From IMG/VR virus record IMGVR_UViG_3300033273_000677, positions 711-64,710 of that record: a stretch of DNA of 64,000 nt; one strand, written 5' to 3'. Shown one piece after another: positions 8,292 through 17,491 of this stretch (its first letter is position 1; each line of letters opens with the position of its first letter). The position numbers and the translations under genes were made by a program. The notes below the pieces were generated by a model. It saw only the letters and a program-made list of their open reading frames with translations. It ran no database searches and was not told the origin of the DNA. The DNA is from a virus (taxonomy: Duplodnaviria; Caudoviricetes).

Positions 8292-9833
8292 ATGGCAAAT
8301 ATTAGGAAGTCATTTAATTTTAGGTCTGGTCTTCAGGTTGATAATGATAATTTTGTAATAAATTCTAATGGATTAGTGGGAATAGGAACATCTGTTCCTA
8401 CCACTTATCTTTTAAATGTTCATGGTGATACGAGAATTACTGGACTTGCCACCGTAAATAATGTATTTGTATCAGAAGGTCTTGAAGTATTATCTGGTGT
8501 AACCACTGTTGGTTTTATAACGGCAACTAGTGGAAATGTTTCTGGTATGCTCACAGCAAGCAACCTTACAGTGAATGGTCAACTCACTGTCGGAAATAAT
8601 ACTGTAGATAATTTAATTGGATATGCATTTACAACATTTATTAGTGATAACAATGGAGTAGGACTCCATACAACATCAAAAATTGGCATCAATACTTCAA
8701 CAAGTCCTGGAGGATCTAGTAGAGAGTTAACAGTTACTGGTGATGTAGAAGTTACGGGATTAACTACAACTGGAACCTTAAAAGTTGATGGAGTAGCAAC
8801 AGCATCAACATTTAGTGGATCTGGTGCATTATTGACAAATATACCTGATACTGCCACAACTGCAAATCCAGTTAATGTATCAAATACTATTGTATCTAGA
8901 GATGCTTCTGGTGGATTTAGTGCTGGTATTATAACTGCCACCTCATTTAGTGGAACTTCTACTTCATCAAACGGATTAACAGGAAGTCCTGCAATAGCAG
9001 TAACATCTGTAAATTCTACCGGTATTATAACTTCTAATATGAGAGTAATCACACCATCCATTGGTGTAGGAACAGAATCTCCTAATGCTGCCATTCATGT
9101 TAGAAAATCTGGTATTGCTTCGATACAACTTACAAGTGATAATGAATATTCAGTTATAACTTTTGGTGAAAATGTATCGGCAGTATCTGATAATGGACAG
9201 ATTAGATATGGATATGGAAATGCACTAGGAGATGCTGAATTTAGTACCGAGCAATCTTTAGATATTATCAATAAGGGAACTGATAATCTTAATTTCTACT
9301 TAAATCCAAGTGGATTTGGTACGGCATTTAACTGGTTGACAAATGCTTCAACCAGAGCAATGGTTCTTACTGTAGACGGTAATCTTGGTATTAATAGTAC
9401 ATCACCATCAGATAGATTAAGTGTTGGTGGTGATACTAGCATTACCGGAGATCTTAGTGTAGTTGGTTCGGGTAAAAGTATTACCAGTCAGAAAATTGTA
9501 AAGGTTGGTGGTTCTTCAACAGAATTCTTAAAAGCAGATGGAAGTGTTGATTCTTCAACATATATTGTTGCTGGAGCTGCTCTAACCACTGTTCAACAAG
9601 ATATATCTCCAACATTAGGGGGAAGTTTAGATATAAATTCAAACAGTATTCTTGGTATTGGAACTATTAATATAAATGGCAAGATTGGTAGTAGTAATTT
9701 GAATACGGGTATTGCAACAGCAACTGATGGTTTCACTAGTGGAACTGGTGGACCTGTTGAAATAAGTGTAGTTGGAACCACCTTAACATTCAACGTTGTT
9801 GGTGTCGGTAGCATAAGCTTGACACTTTCCTAA
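8292..9833 (+). CDS. Tail fibre protein
   Basis: Repeated GxVGIGT/IGINT and TGIATA fibre motifs. Confidence 0.75.
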   Translation: MANIRKSFNFRSGLQVDNDNFVINSNGLVGIGTSVPTTYLLNVHGDTRITGLATVNNVFVSEGLEVLSGVTTVGFITATSGNVSGMLTASNLTVNGQLTVGNNTVDNLIGYAFTTFISDNNGVGLHTTSKIGINTSTSPGGSSRELTVTGDVEVTGLTTTGTLKVDGVATASTFSGSGALLTNIPDTATTANPVNVSNTIVSRDASGGFSAGIITATSFSGTSTSSNGLTGSPAIAVTSVNSTGIITSNMRVITPSIGVGTESPNAAIHVRKSGIASIQLTSDNEYSVITFGENVSAVSDNGQIRYGYGNALGDAEFSTEQSLDIINKGTDNLNFYLNPSGFGTAFNWLTNASTRAMVLTVDGNLGINSTSPSDRLSVGGDTSITGDLSVVGSGKSITSQKIVKVGGSSTEFLKADGSVDSSTYIVAGAALTTVQQDISPTLGGSLDINSNSILGIGTININGKIGSSNLNTGIATATDGFTSGTGGPVEISVVGTTLTFNVVGVGSISLTLS

Positions 9834-9847
9834 TATACTGCTAGACT
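9819..9847 (+). promoter_or_regulatory. sigma70-type promoter
   Basis: TTGACA-17 nt-TAGACT upstream of the 9879 oxygenase. Confidence 0.6.
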
Positions 9848-9878
9848 AGGTTTGTCTCCATTGAAGATAATAATATAG

Positions 9879-10502
9879 ATGAATTTAAGTGATCTGATAT
9901 ATGTCAAAGAAAATGTATTAGATCACGAGTTTTGTCGTGAATTAATATTAAAATTTAATAGTGATGATAGGAAACGACCAGGAAGTATTGGTTCTACTGG
10001 TGCAACAGGAGAAATTATATCTAATGTAAATTTGAATTTAAAAAAATGTTTAGATCTTAATATAACTGGTCTTAAAGAGTGGAACAAAGAAGATAAAGTA
10101 TTATGTAAGTCTTATAATAACAATGTACAAAATTATTTTCAATATACTGATAAATTTTCTCCTAGAACAGAAAATAATGAAACAGTATTTGGAAATGGAA
10201 TTTGTAATTTCAGAGATCGTGGATATTTAATAAGATCATATGAAAAATCAGATGGTTACTTTAAGTGGCATAATGATTTTTCATTAGATAAAAAATATGG
10301 TCTTAGAATGTTAACTCTTATTTGGTATTTGAATGATGTAGAGGAAGGTGGAGAAACTGAATTTGTTGATGGAACTCTTGTTAAGCCAAAAACAGGGCAA
10401 TTATTAATATTTCCAACATCATGGTATATGGCACATAGAGGAAAAATGCCAATATCAAATAAAAAATATATTATTACAAGTTGGTTATATGGTTATCAGT
10501 AG
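9879..10502 (+). CDS. 2OG-Fe(II) oxygenase
   Basis: WHND (HxD), WYLNDVEEGGET, FP...H-R-G, KYIITSW. Confidence 0.88.
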   Translation: MNLSDLIYVKENVLDHEFCRELILKFNSDDRKRPGSIGSTGATGEIISNVNLNLKKCLDLNITGLKEWNKEDKVLCKSYNNNVQNYFQYTDKFSPRTENNETVFGNGICNFRDRGYLIRSYEKSDGYFKWHNDFSLDKKYGLRMLTLIWYLNDVEEGGETEFVDGTLVKPKTGQLLIFPTSWYMAHRGKMPISNKKYIITSWLYGYQ

Positions 10503-10555
10503 ACACTTCAATAACCGTCCTATGGGTCGCACCAGGGACGGTTATCTGCTATAAT
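10499..10555 (+). promoter_or_regulatory. Palindrome-type early promoter (degenerate copy)
   Basis: GTAGACAC-ttcaataa-CCGTCCTA, 10-bp inverted repeat ATAACCGTCC/GGACGGTTAT, TATAAT at 10550. Confidence 0.55.
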
Positions 10556-10579
10556 AACAAGGTATTCGTGAGACACCTA

Positions 10580-11773
10580 ATGACCACCATCACTCTGCGT
10601 CCTCACCAGCAAGATGCCTGTGATGCCATGCTGGTTCATGATAAGGGTCAGATTATTGTTCCAACCGGTGGTGGAAAGACTCTCACTATGATTCAAGATG
10701 TTATTCATCAACATGCTGTGCCGACTGGTACAACTTCTGTTGTAGTTGCTCCTCGTATTCTTCTTGCAGAACAACTTTGCAGTGAGTTTCTGGAAGTTAT
10801 TGATCGTTCTTACACTCATGTGATGCACGTTCACAGTGGTGAAACTCATCACTTCTCCACTACTAAGTCCGAAAAGATTCACCTGTTTGCTAACTGTGCT
10901 CGTACTGCTGGTGAGAACCTGATTATCTTCACCACCTATCATTCTCTACACCGTGTGATGGAAGCAGATATTGAAGTCAATAACATTTACTTTGATGAGG
11001 CACATAACTCTGTTCAACGTAACTTTTTCCCTGCTACAGAGCACTTTGCTGCTGAGTCTGATCGGTGTTACTTCTTCACTGCTACTCCTAAGCATTCTCT
11101 GTCTGTATTCAAACCAGGTATGAATGATGCTGAGGTTTATGGTAATGTTATTTGCAATGTTCCTGCACCTAAACTGGTAGAAGAAGGTTATATTCTTCCT
11201 CCTAAGGTTGTTGTGAAGCAACTGGATATGGTTCAGGATAAGCAGATGATTGCTGATCGTGATTGTCAGAATCTGATTGATACGATTGATGAGAATGCAC
11301 TGAATAAGATTCTTATCTGTGCTCGTTCTACTAAGCAGATTATCAAACTTCTTTCAGAATCTGACTTCCGTAATGAACTTGCAGAACGTGGTTATTCTTG
11401 CATGTATATCACTGCCAAGACTGGTGGTGTGATTGACGGTCAGAAAGTCAATCGTGAGGTATTCTTTGACACTCTGAATGCTTGGGGCAAAGATCCTGAG
11501 AAGAAGTTTGTTGTCCTGCACCACTCTATTCTGTCTGAAGGTATCAACGTCAGTGGACTTGAGGCAGTTCTTTTCATGCGTAACATGGATTATATCGGAA
11601 TCTCTCAGTCAATCGGTCGTGTAATTCGTCTGGGAGGGTCTCAAAAGACGTTTGGACTGGTCTGTGTGCCAGTATATGACAAAGTGGGTATCAGCACTGC
11701 CAAGTCGGTTCAGGCAGTCGTTGATACTGTATTTGAGAAAGGTGAAGCAGCAGTATCTGTAGTTCGTCGTTGA
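10580..11773 (+). CDS. Superfamily 2 (DEAH/ResIII-like) helicase
   Basis: LRPHQ Q-motif, PTGGGKT Walker A, DEAH, TAT, LSEGINV, QSIGRVIR. Confidence 0.9.
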   Translation: MTTITLRPHQQDACDAMLVHDKGQIIVPTGGGKTLTMIQDVIHQHAVPTGTTSVVVAPRILLAEQLCSEFLEVIDRSYTHVMHVHSGETHHFSTTKSEKIHLFANCARTAGENLIIFTTYHSLHRVMEADIEVNNIYFDEAHNSVQRNFFPATEHFAAESDRCYFFTATPKHSLSVFKPGMNDAEVYGNVICNVPAPKLVEEGYILPPKVVVKQLDMVQDKQMIADRDCQNLIDTIDENALNKILICARSTKQIIKLLSESDFRNELAERGYSCMYITAKTGGVIDGQKVNREVFFDTLNAWGKDPEKKFVVLHHSILSEGINVSGLEAVLFMRNMDYIGISQSIGRVIRLGGSQKTFGLVCVPVYDKVGISTAKSVQAVVDTVFEKGEAAVSVVRR

Positions 11774-11776
11774 ATT

Positions 11777-12394
11777 ATGAAAACCACTATTGATTTGGTT
11801 CAAGATCTTCGTTCTCTGCCTGATGAAATTTATGAAAATTTCTGCAATCAGGCAAAGATGGTGGCATTAGAGTACCCTTCTGCACATGGAATTGACTGTT
11901 TTGCCCGTGGTGAAACAATCGAATATGGGTTCATTGATATTGTAGGGCAGTATATTGACTTGAAACCTAATATAAAGGAAGATTTTAACGATCCCGATGG
12001 AGTTTATGCAGTAGAGCACCTAACGGACGTAAAAACGCAAGGAAATGGGTTTTTGCCACGCAAAGATCAAAAAGCATTGTTTTATTCTAAACAATGGGAC
12101 ATTAAGAAGACCGCTAGTGGTGCATCACAGTTTGAATCTAAGGCACACTCATATATTTTGATCGACCCTATTTGTGCTAGGATTGCTGTTGTAGATACCA
12201 GTGTTTTTTATCGTAAACCATTCCGTACTAATTCTGCACGTATTTCATTCAGTGTAAAACCACAGGATGTTTATATGATCTATGATGGTATTGCAAAAGT
12301 GATTGATACAACAATTGTTCCAGATCCTAATGCAATCTATCGTGAGATCTGGAATAAAGCAGGCAATCGTCTGCAAGAGATGACCACTTTCTGA
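11777..12394 (+). CDS. Putative PD-(D/E)xK endonuclease
   Basis: RGETIE ... DPDG ... TDVKT pattern; 3 nt from the helicase stop codon. Confidence 0.45.
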   Translation: MKTTIDLVQDLRSLPDEIYENFCNQAKMVALEYPSAHGIDCFARGETIEYGFIDIVGQYIDLKPNIKEDFNDPDGVYAVEHLTDVKTQGNGFLPRKDQKALFYSKQWDIKKTASGASQFESKAHSYILIDPICARIAVVDTSVFYRKPFRTNSARISFSVKPQDVYMIYDGIAKVIDTTIVPDPNAIYREIWNKAGNRLQEMTTF

Positions 12395-12448
12395 ACCGTC
12401 TACTGGCACTCTGTGCTATAATACAAAAGTAATCGAGGGAACAACCCC

Positions 12449-12592
12449 ATGAAATGCAAAGTCAAACTCTATGTTGCTGGCACTGTCTTTGAAGAGACTG
12501 TTCATGCCAGGGATTATGAAGAGGCAAAGAAAGTAGCACTGGCACGCAATCCTAATGCCACCATTGTGAGTGTGAACGCATCTTTCTTTTGA
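12449..12592 (+). CDS. 47-aa hypothetical phage protein (MKCKVKLYVAG...)
   Basis: ORF read manually downstream of TATAAT (12417) and GAGGG. Confidence 0.7.
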   Translation: MKCKVKLYVAGTVFEETVHARDYEEAKKVALARNPNATIVSVNASFF

Positions 12593-12837
12593 TGAATAAG
12601 TTTCAAAAACCATTTGTAAGTAATCAGGGTGTCCTTAATCCTAAACCAGGAGACCCTGATGGTTTTGTATCTAAAGATGGAATGTGGGCTGCTGTTCCTT
12701 TTGCCGGTAATAATGGGTTTTGCATTATACATAATGGTATGCAAGTTCACTCTGTAAAAACTTATAAACAGGCACTTGCATATATTAAAAAATCTTCTAA
12801 AGTAAAGAAGACATCATCTCTTGAGGAGTTTCTATGA
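12589..12837 (+). CDS. Hypothetical phage protein
   Basis: Coupled ORF in a + strand run. Confidence 0.65.
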   Translation: MMNKFQKPFVSNQGVLNPKPGDPDGFVSKDGMWAAVPFAGNNGFCIIHNGMQVHSVKTYKQALAYIKKSSKVKKTSSLEEFL

Positions 12838-13025
12838 CTGAGAAAGACCAAAAACGTCGTGATGCACTTGGACTTTTTTATGAAAGTGTTCTTAAACCAG
12901 ATCATCAGTTGAGACAGTGTTCACATAATCAAGAATGTTTTTTTGAACTGATGGAATGGAGATCTGAAATTCTTGAATATCTTGATCGTCGTAGGAACGA
13001 AGAGTTTCACGAAGAAAATAAATAA
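12834..13025 (+). CDS. Hypothetical phage protein
   Basis: ATGA overlap with the upstream ORF; GAGGAG RBS. Confidence 0.65.
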   Translation: MTEKDQKRRDALGLFYESVLKPDHQLRQCSHNQECFFELMEWRSEILEYLDRRRNEEFHEENK

Positions 13026-13045
13026 GCATATAAAGGTACATTAAT

Positions 13046-13363
13046 ATGCTCTCTACTCAGTACAGACTCCGATTAGAGTTTATTTGTAAGAAGATTGCAA
13101 ATAAAGAAGAAGTTAAACTTGAAGATATGGTTTGGGTGCAGAAGTTATCTAAGGCAAATACTTCTGCCAGAGAAATGCTCAAAAAGGCAAGATACCGTGC
13201 TGCTAATCCTGATATACAGGAGGGCAGTATGGATGAATTTATGAACACTATGGGGTTGGGTGATCCTGACCCATCCAATTACAAAACGGGGTTTGATGGT
13301 GCAGATGAAATTGTAGATTGGTTCAAGCAAGATAAACCTGACGACTGGCGACAACGTGACTAA
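13046..13363 (+). CDS. Hypothetical phage protein
   Basis: 105-aa ORF. Confidence 0.7.
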   Translation: MLSTQYRLRLEFICKKIANKEEVKLEDMVWVQKLSKANTSAREMLKKARYRAANPDIQEGSMDEFMNTMGLGDPDPSNYKTGFDGADEIVDWFKQDKPDDWRQRD

Positions 13364-13688
13364 GTATAGTATTATTCATAAAGATGGAACAGAAACACAT
13401 TATGTTTGGTGTGATAAAACAAAACAAATGGTAGTAAAAGAGACAACAATTATGGAAGCAGTAATTTATAGTAACGGAAACCAAGAGTGTGAACGTGCTA
13501 AAACACTGTTAGAAAAACTTAACTTTCAGATATCTGTATATAAATTGAATCAGCACTTCTCACAAAAAGGTTTTGTTGCTGAATTTGGTGAGGAAGCAGA
13601 ATATCCACAAGTTAATGTCGGTTTCAGACATATTGGTGGGTTAAAGGAAACACTTCAATACATGAACGACAGAGGAATGTTTTTATGA
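13356..13688 (+). CDS. Glutaredoxin-like protein (core from ATG 13452)
   Basis: VIYS...ECERAK...YPQV...HIGG thioredoxin-fold pattern; single active-site Cys. Confidence 0.7.
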   Translation: MTKYSIIHKDGTETHYVWCDKTKQMVVKETTIMEAVIYSNGNQECERAKTLLEKLNFQISVYKLNQHFSQKGFVAEFGEEAEYPQVNVGFRHIGGLKETLQYMNDRGMFL

Positions 13689-13873
13689 ACTTTGATTTGA
13701 CAATGGAGGATCACACGATTATCCTTAATGCACTTCATTATTATAAAAAAGTTGAAAAGAGAGGAAACTTCAAACAATATACAAGTTCCCGTATCAATGA
13801 ATTGAGAGATAAGTTAGTAAAACAATTAGTTTGGGATAATACTGATATAGATAAATTTGTAAGCAAGGAGTAA
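13685..13873 (+). CDS. Hypothetical phage protein
   Basis: ATGA-coupled ORF. Confidence 0.6.
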   Translation: MNFDLTMEDHTIILNALHYYKKVEKRGNFKQYTSSRINELRDKLVKQLVWDNTDIDKFVSKE

Positions 13874-13874
13874 A

Positions 13875-14084
13875 ATGAATCCAGCAGTCCTTATTGCCTG
13901 CCTATCTCCAATAGCAATAATATGGATTGTGATGAAACTTGCATTATGGTTATCTGCTACTAATACGGAACGAAAGTATGTCGCAGGAGAGAAATATAGA
14001 GTCAGAGGACCCTACGTGGCAGATGCATATGCAGACGTTGATGAAGAGGAAGAGGAGTATGGAGATCGCACAGATTATAAATGA
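13875..14084 (+). CDS. Small membrane protein
   Basis: N-terminal hydrophobic helix, acidic tail; AAGGAG RBS. Confidence 0.65.
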   Translation: MNPAVLIACLSPIAIIWIVMKLALWLSATNTERKYVAGEKYRVRGPYVADAYADVDEEEEEYGDRTDYK

Positions 14085-14205
14085 AGCACTGGAAGAATAT
14101 TATGCTGAACAAGGAAAACCTGTTCCGAATTGGAGACAAAATAGAAATCCTGAGTGGTGGATAGAATATCTTAAGGAACTGGGACTTGACCCAGATAACT
14201 CATAG
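14059..14205 (+). CDS. Hypothetical phage protein (MEIAQII...)
   Basis: ATG at 14059 after AGGAG. Confidence 0.55.
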   Translation: MEIAQIINEALEEYYAEQGKPVPNWRQNRNPEWWIEYLKELGLDPDNS

Positions 14206-14214
14206 TGCTATAAT
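14186..14214 (+). promoter_or_regulatory. sigma70-type promoter
   Basis: TTGACC-17 nt-TATAAT. Confidence 0.65.
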
Positions 14215-14236
14215 ACCATTACACAAAAACCTTATC

Positions 14237-14425
14237 ATGGATTACAAACCTTATTCACCAGAGTGGCATCGTAAAAGATACCTGAAAGAAGCACTGGATA
14301 AGTATTTTGATGATTATGTGGATGTAGAAACTATTCGGGAAGACATCTACGACATTCTTCATTCTCGTGCTAGTGATGCATATGAAGAATACAATCGTTT
14401 AAATAAGTTGGCAGAATCTCTTTAG
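14237..14425 (+). CDS. Hypothetical phage protein (MDYKPYSPEWHR...)
   Basis: First ATG after the promoter. Confidence 0.65.
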   Translation: MDYKPYSPEWHRKRYLKEALDKYFDDYVDVETIREDIYDILHSRASDAYEEYNRLNKLAESL

Positions 14426-14426
14426 A

Positions 14427-14852
14427 ATGAAAAAGAATGATACTGTAGAATATCTTGGATGTTCTGATGAACAAGTCAGATGGGGAAATAATGATGATCC
14501 CAGATCATTTTTAATTGTGGGTAAAGAATATGTGATTGAAAAGGTAGATGTTCATAGGCAACATACAAAGATCAAATTGTATAATAAGATGGGGTGGTTC
14601 AACTCAGTCTGCTTCAGATTAGTGAAAACTGAGTTAAATACTTATTCCAACTATGAGACAGACATGGACCCAACTAGCATAACACTGACAACACCATCAA
14701 AGTCTTTTGCATATGAGCAACAAGCAAGAGAAATTGAAAAATGTTCTGATGTTGACCAACTTCGCAACATATGCAAATGTTATGCTAAACTATACTACAA
14801 ACAACAAGAAACCTTAAGGACACTAGGACTTCCAAATGAACCTGATCAGTAA
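14427..14852 (+). CDS. Two-domain hypothetical protein; the C-terminal 62 aa (from ATG 14664) are helix-loop-helix, possibly NblA-like
   Basis: Internal TTAAATA (14634-14640) precedes an in-frame ATG. Confidence 0.55.
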   Translation: MKKNDTVEYLGCSDEQVRWGNNDDPRSFLIVGKEYVIEKVDVHRQHTKIKLYNKMGWFNSVCFRLVKTELNTYSNYETDMDPTSITLTTPSKSFAYEQQAREIEKCSDVDQLRNICKCYAKLYYKQQETLRTLGLPNEPDQ

Positions 14853-15060
14853 GTCAGATCCTCAATACTTTGAAGTAACGTCTGATAAACCATATGACAG
14901 ACATCAGTATAAAGTGGTATATCACTGCGGTGATTGTGGTTGTGAACATCAAATTGTAGATTCATGGGAAGAGGTAAGAGAACTATGGTGGAATAGCATC
15001 CCACAATTTATCTCTCATGTTGAAGTGCTAGATAAAAAGGAGACCAAAGGATTCAAATGA
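14836..15060 (+). CDS. Hypothetical phage protein
   Basis: 74-aa ORF with HCGDCGCEH. Confidence 0.6.
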   Translation: MNLISKSDPQYFEVTSDKPYDRHQYKVVYHCGDCGCEHQIVDSWEEVRELWWNSIPQFISHVEVLDKKETKGFK

Positions 15061-15527
15061 GTGTTCAGTTTCGTAAGCATCGGGTGTTCCGTGAGACTCC
15101 CGATGTTGTTTTCTATGATATTAGTGTAGATGATTCAAACGCATCTGATCTTGTGGTACACGAAGGACCGGCAGTATCACCACCAGATGATGTCATCGGT
15201 GCAAAACAGTTCTACATCCACCATCATCAAGTGGACCATAATCGTGTCCTCTCAGGTGAAAGAACTTTTGAACTTGTGAACTTTGATTGGAAGTTTCCAT
15301 ACCATATTGTTCACATGAATCGTAAGAGTGGGGCACTGGTAGTTCCTATCGGAACATATCATCGTAGCACATCAGGTGAGAAAGGTTCGATTGTAATTAA
15401 TCAGGCAGTTCGTGATGATGAGTTCAACCCAGAAACAGAGTTTATCCCTGTAAGTGCTGGAAACAATCCAGAACTGTATCGCATTCTTGTTCATGAACAA
15501 CCAGTAATTCACGACATAGGAGAATAA
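15057..15527 (+). CDS. Cupin (RmlC-like) protein
   Basis: YIHHHQVD...GERTFEL...LVVPIGTYH cupin motifs 1 and 2. Confidence 0.7.
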   Translation: MSVQFRKHRVFRETPDVVFYDISVDDSNASDLVVHEGPAVSPPDDVIGAKQFYIHHHQVDHNRVLSGERTFELVNFDWKFPYHIVHMNRKSGALVVPIGTYHRSTSGEKGSIVINQAVRDDEFNPETEFIPVSAGNNPELYRILVHEQPVIHDIGE

Positions 15528-15528
15528 A

Positions 15529-15720
15529 ATGCACGATTTTCTAGACAATCTGGGTGCACAACAGTATGAAAAAATGAGGGAACGTAATGCCACCAAGGAA
15601 GAAATCACCAACACCTGCGAAGAAACCTACGGCAAAAAAGCCTGTCACGAAGAAACCTACTACGACTCCCAAAGCGAAGGCAAAGAGTTCCAAACCAAAA
15701 CGGAAGAAACTTCCACCTGA
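15529..15720 (+). CDS. Hypothetical phage protein
   Basis: AGGAG RBS; overlaps the next ORF in another frame. Confidence 0.55.
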   Translation: MHDFLDNLGAQQYEKMRERNATKEEITNTCEETYGKKACHEETYYDSQSEGKEFQTKTEETST

Positions 15721-15877
15721 AGAAATGCACCCATTTCCAACATTTCCATATCGTTTAGAATATCAAGATGGAAACGACACCAGAGTCTGTCACTTCGAAT
15801 GTGAAGAACACAGAACCAAACACATCAAACGATACGGACTCCGAAAAAACCAATACTTCAGCGACAACCTTACCTAA
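15587..15877 (+). CDS. Lys/Pro-rich (histone H1-like N-terminus) hypothetical protein
   Basis: KKPTAKKPVTKKP repeats plus a globular C-terminus; GAGGG upstream. Confidence 0.55.
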   Translation: MPPRKKSPTPAKKPTAKKPVTKKPTTTPKAKAKSSKPKRKKLPPEEMHPFPTFPYRLEYQDGNDTRVCHFECEEHRTKHIKRYGLRKNQYFSDNLT

Positions 15878-16010
15878 GGATCCTATTATCCCCTCCCTAA
15901 TGTTCCTGGGAGTGATACTTGCCACATTAGGTTTCATTGTGCTAGGATACTTCAAGGGTAACATGCATTTGCTAACTACACTTAAAAACGCAAAGGAATT
16001 TTATGGCTGA
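15768..16010 (+). CDS. Small membrane protein (true start uncertain)
   Basis: Hydrophobic IIPSLMFLGVILATLGFIVLGYF. Confidence 0.55.
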   Translation: METTPESVTSNVKNTEPNTSNDTDSEKTNTSATTLPKDPIIPSLMFLGVILATLGFIVLGYFKGNMHLLTTLKNAKEFYG

Positions 16011-16155
16011 TACTGAGAAAAAACAGTTTGTAAACTCCAAAGGTGATACCTGGGAGTATGAAGAAACTGAAGAAATGCGGAAAGCAGTAGAACGACTGCA
16101 CCAAACTATCCGAGAACTTGAGGAAAAAGCACCTGATTATGGAGTAGGAAAGTGA
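16003..16155 (+). CDS. 50-aa hypothetical protein
   Basis: Manually read ORF MADTEKKQF...; AAGGA RBS. Confidence 0.55.
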   Translation: MADTEKKQFVNSKGDTWEYEETEEMRKAVERLHQTIRELEEKAPDYGVGK

Positions 16156-16264
16156 AAGAAAGGGTCACTCCCGAAACATATAAAAAAATAAATGAAGAGT
16201 TTGAGGAAGAGGGTACACCTTTCAGAATCAAAATTCCCACTCAAGAACAAATAGATCAATGTTT

Positions 16265-16300
16265 AAATCAAGAAAATCAAGAAAATCAAGAAAATCATGA
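16265..16300 (+). repeat. 9-bp tandem repeat (AAATCAAGA x3 + AAATCATGA)
   Basis: Read directly; encodes NQE repeats in ORF 16152-16316. Confidence 0.85.
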
Positions 16301-16500
16301 AACTACTAACACTTGAAGATTATCAAAAAGCAGGAGAAGAATTTTGGCCAAAATATTGGTATGTTGCCAAAGAACTGGGAGAAAATGCTAAACCAGAAGA
16401 CGTGCTGAAAGTTATGGAAGCAGTCGGTGGTCTTGCACTGAAACTTAAACTTGAAGAGAAACTTCCTCCATTTGGATTTAACAAAAAAGATAATGATTGA
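16297..16500 (+). CDS. Hypothetical phage protein
   Basis: 67-aa ORF. Confidence 0.65.
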   Translation: MKLLTLEDYQKAGEEFWPKYWYVAKELGENAKPEDVLKVMEAVGGLALKLKLEEKLPPFGFNKKDND

Positions 16501-16783
16501 AACATCTACAAAATCTAAACTCTCCACCTCTCTTGGTGGTACTGTAGAAAAAAATATTCCTGAAGATGTTGTGTGGATTGATGATGCTTTTTACATCAAA
16601 AAAACAAGATTTGGTCTTCATACTTCTATCCTAAAAGAACCTTATGGTGCTCACTTTATCACTGGAATGCACTATGAAGATGTTCTTAAAATGACGAGAT
16701 GGCACCTAAAGTGCTTGCAAGATGGAAGTCTTGATGATTATACTAGAGTTGTAAATAGTGGTGTTGTTGGTGGTAAACTCTGA
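16493..16783 (+). CDS. Hypothetical phage protein
   Basis: ATG overlapping the upstream stop codon region; ends VGGKL. Confidence 0.65.
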   Translation: MIETSTKSKLSTSLGGTVEKNIPEDVVWIDDAFYIKKTRFGLHTSILKEPYGAHFITGMHYEDVLKMTRWHLKCLQDGSLDDYTRVVNSGVVGGKL

Positions 16784-16962
16784 TGTATGAGGAATTGAAT
16801 TGCTTTGAAGAAGCACTGAAACACTTTGGCACTCGTGTTGAAGTAATTACTGCTATGGAAATGTCTAGGAGAATCTCTCCCGAAGACGCATATCAAATGA
16901 TTAAAGAAGAACTTAAAGAGGTGAAGAAGTGTCGTAAGGAGTTCAAAAAAGATGGATGTTGA
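16783..16962 (+). CDS. 59-aa hypothetical protein (MYEELNCFEEALKHFG...)
   Basis: TGATG coupling; manually read. Confidence 0.6.
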   Translation: MYEELNCFEEALKHFGTRVEVITAMEMSRRISPEDAYQMIKEELKEVKKCRKEFKKDGC

Positions 16963-17266
16963 TAGTCTGAAAGTCAATCAAAATAGAGATGGTACATTCA
17001 CCCTTGAATGGGACAAAGAAGATCCCAAATGGAGTTTTCTAAATGGGATGACATCCAAAGAAATCGTTGCTATCATAGAGGAGGCAATAAAAAATGACAC
17101 AAATGCCCAATATTAAAGATGTGACTAATTCTCCTGAAGATTGGGATGACTTTTGGAATGGAGAAGATCTCACAGATGATGAAGTTGAATATCTAAAAAC
17201 AAGATCAGAATATTATTTTGATTATAATCGTAATGACCTAAACAGACCAAACCCTTTTAAAAAATA

Positions 17267-17491
17267 ATGGCACTATCAAAATCAGTTGAAGAATCACTCA
17301 AAGAAGCAGAACAATCACTCCGAAATGCACTAGCTTTTGCTGCACGACAAGAGAGACCAATGGTTTGTAGTGTCATTGCTGATTTGATCAGCAAGATTGA
17401 ATCTATACAGGAAACTGATTCCATTTTGGACAAACTTGAGAACCGTAAACCAGGAGATTCTGGGATGTTCGGTAACATATTTGACGAATAA
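17267..17491 (+). CDS. Hypothetical phage protein
   Basis: 74-aa helical ORF. Confidence 0.65.
   Translation: MALSKSVEESLKEAEQSLRNALAFAARQERPMVCSVIADLISKIESIQETDSILDKLENRKPGDSGMFGNIFDE

Noticed and set aside
7316-9814. Long minus-strand ORFs rich in P/V/I within fibre genes (also 45922-46404 and 56855-57223)
   Set aside because: Antisense shadows of Gly/Thr/Asn-rich coding frames
2886-9833. Diversity-generating retroelement acting on tail fibres
   Set aside because: No reverse transcriptase and no TR/VR pair with adenine-specific mismatches seen in this window
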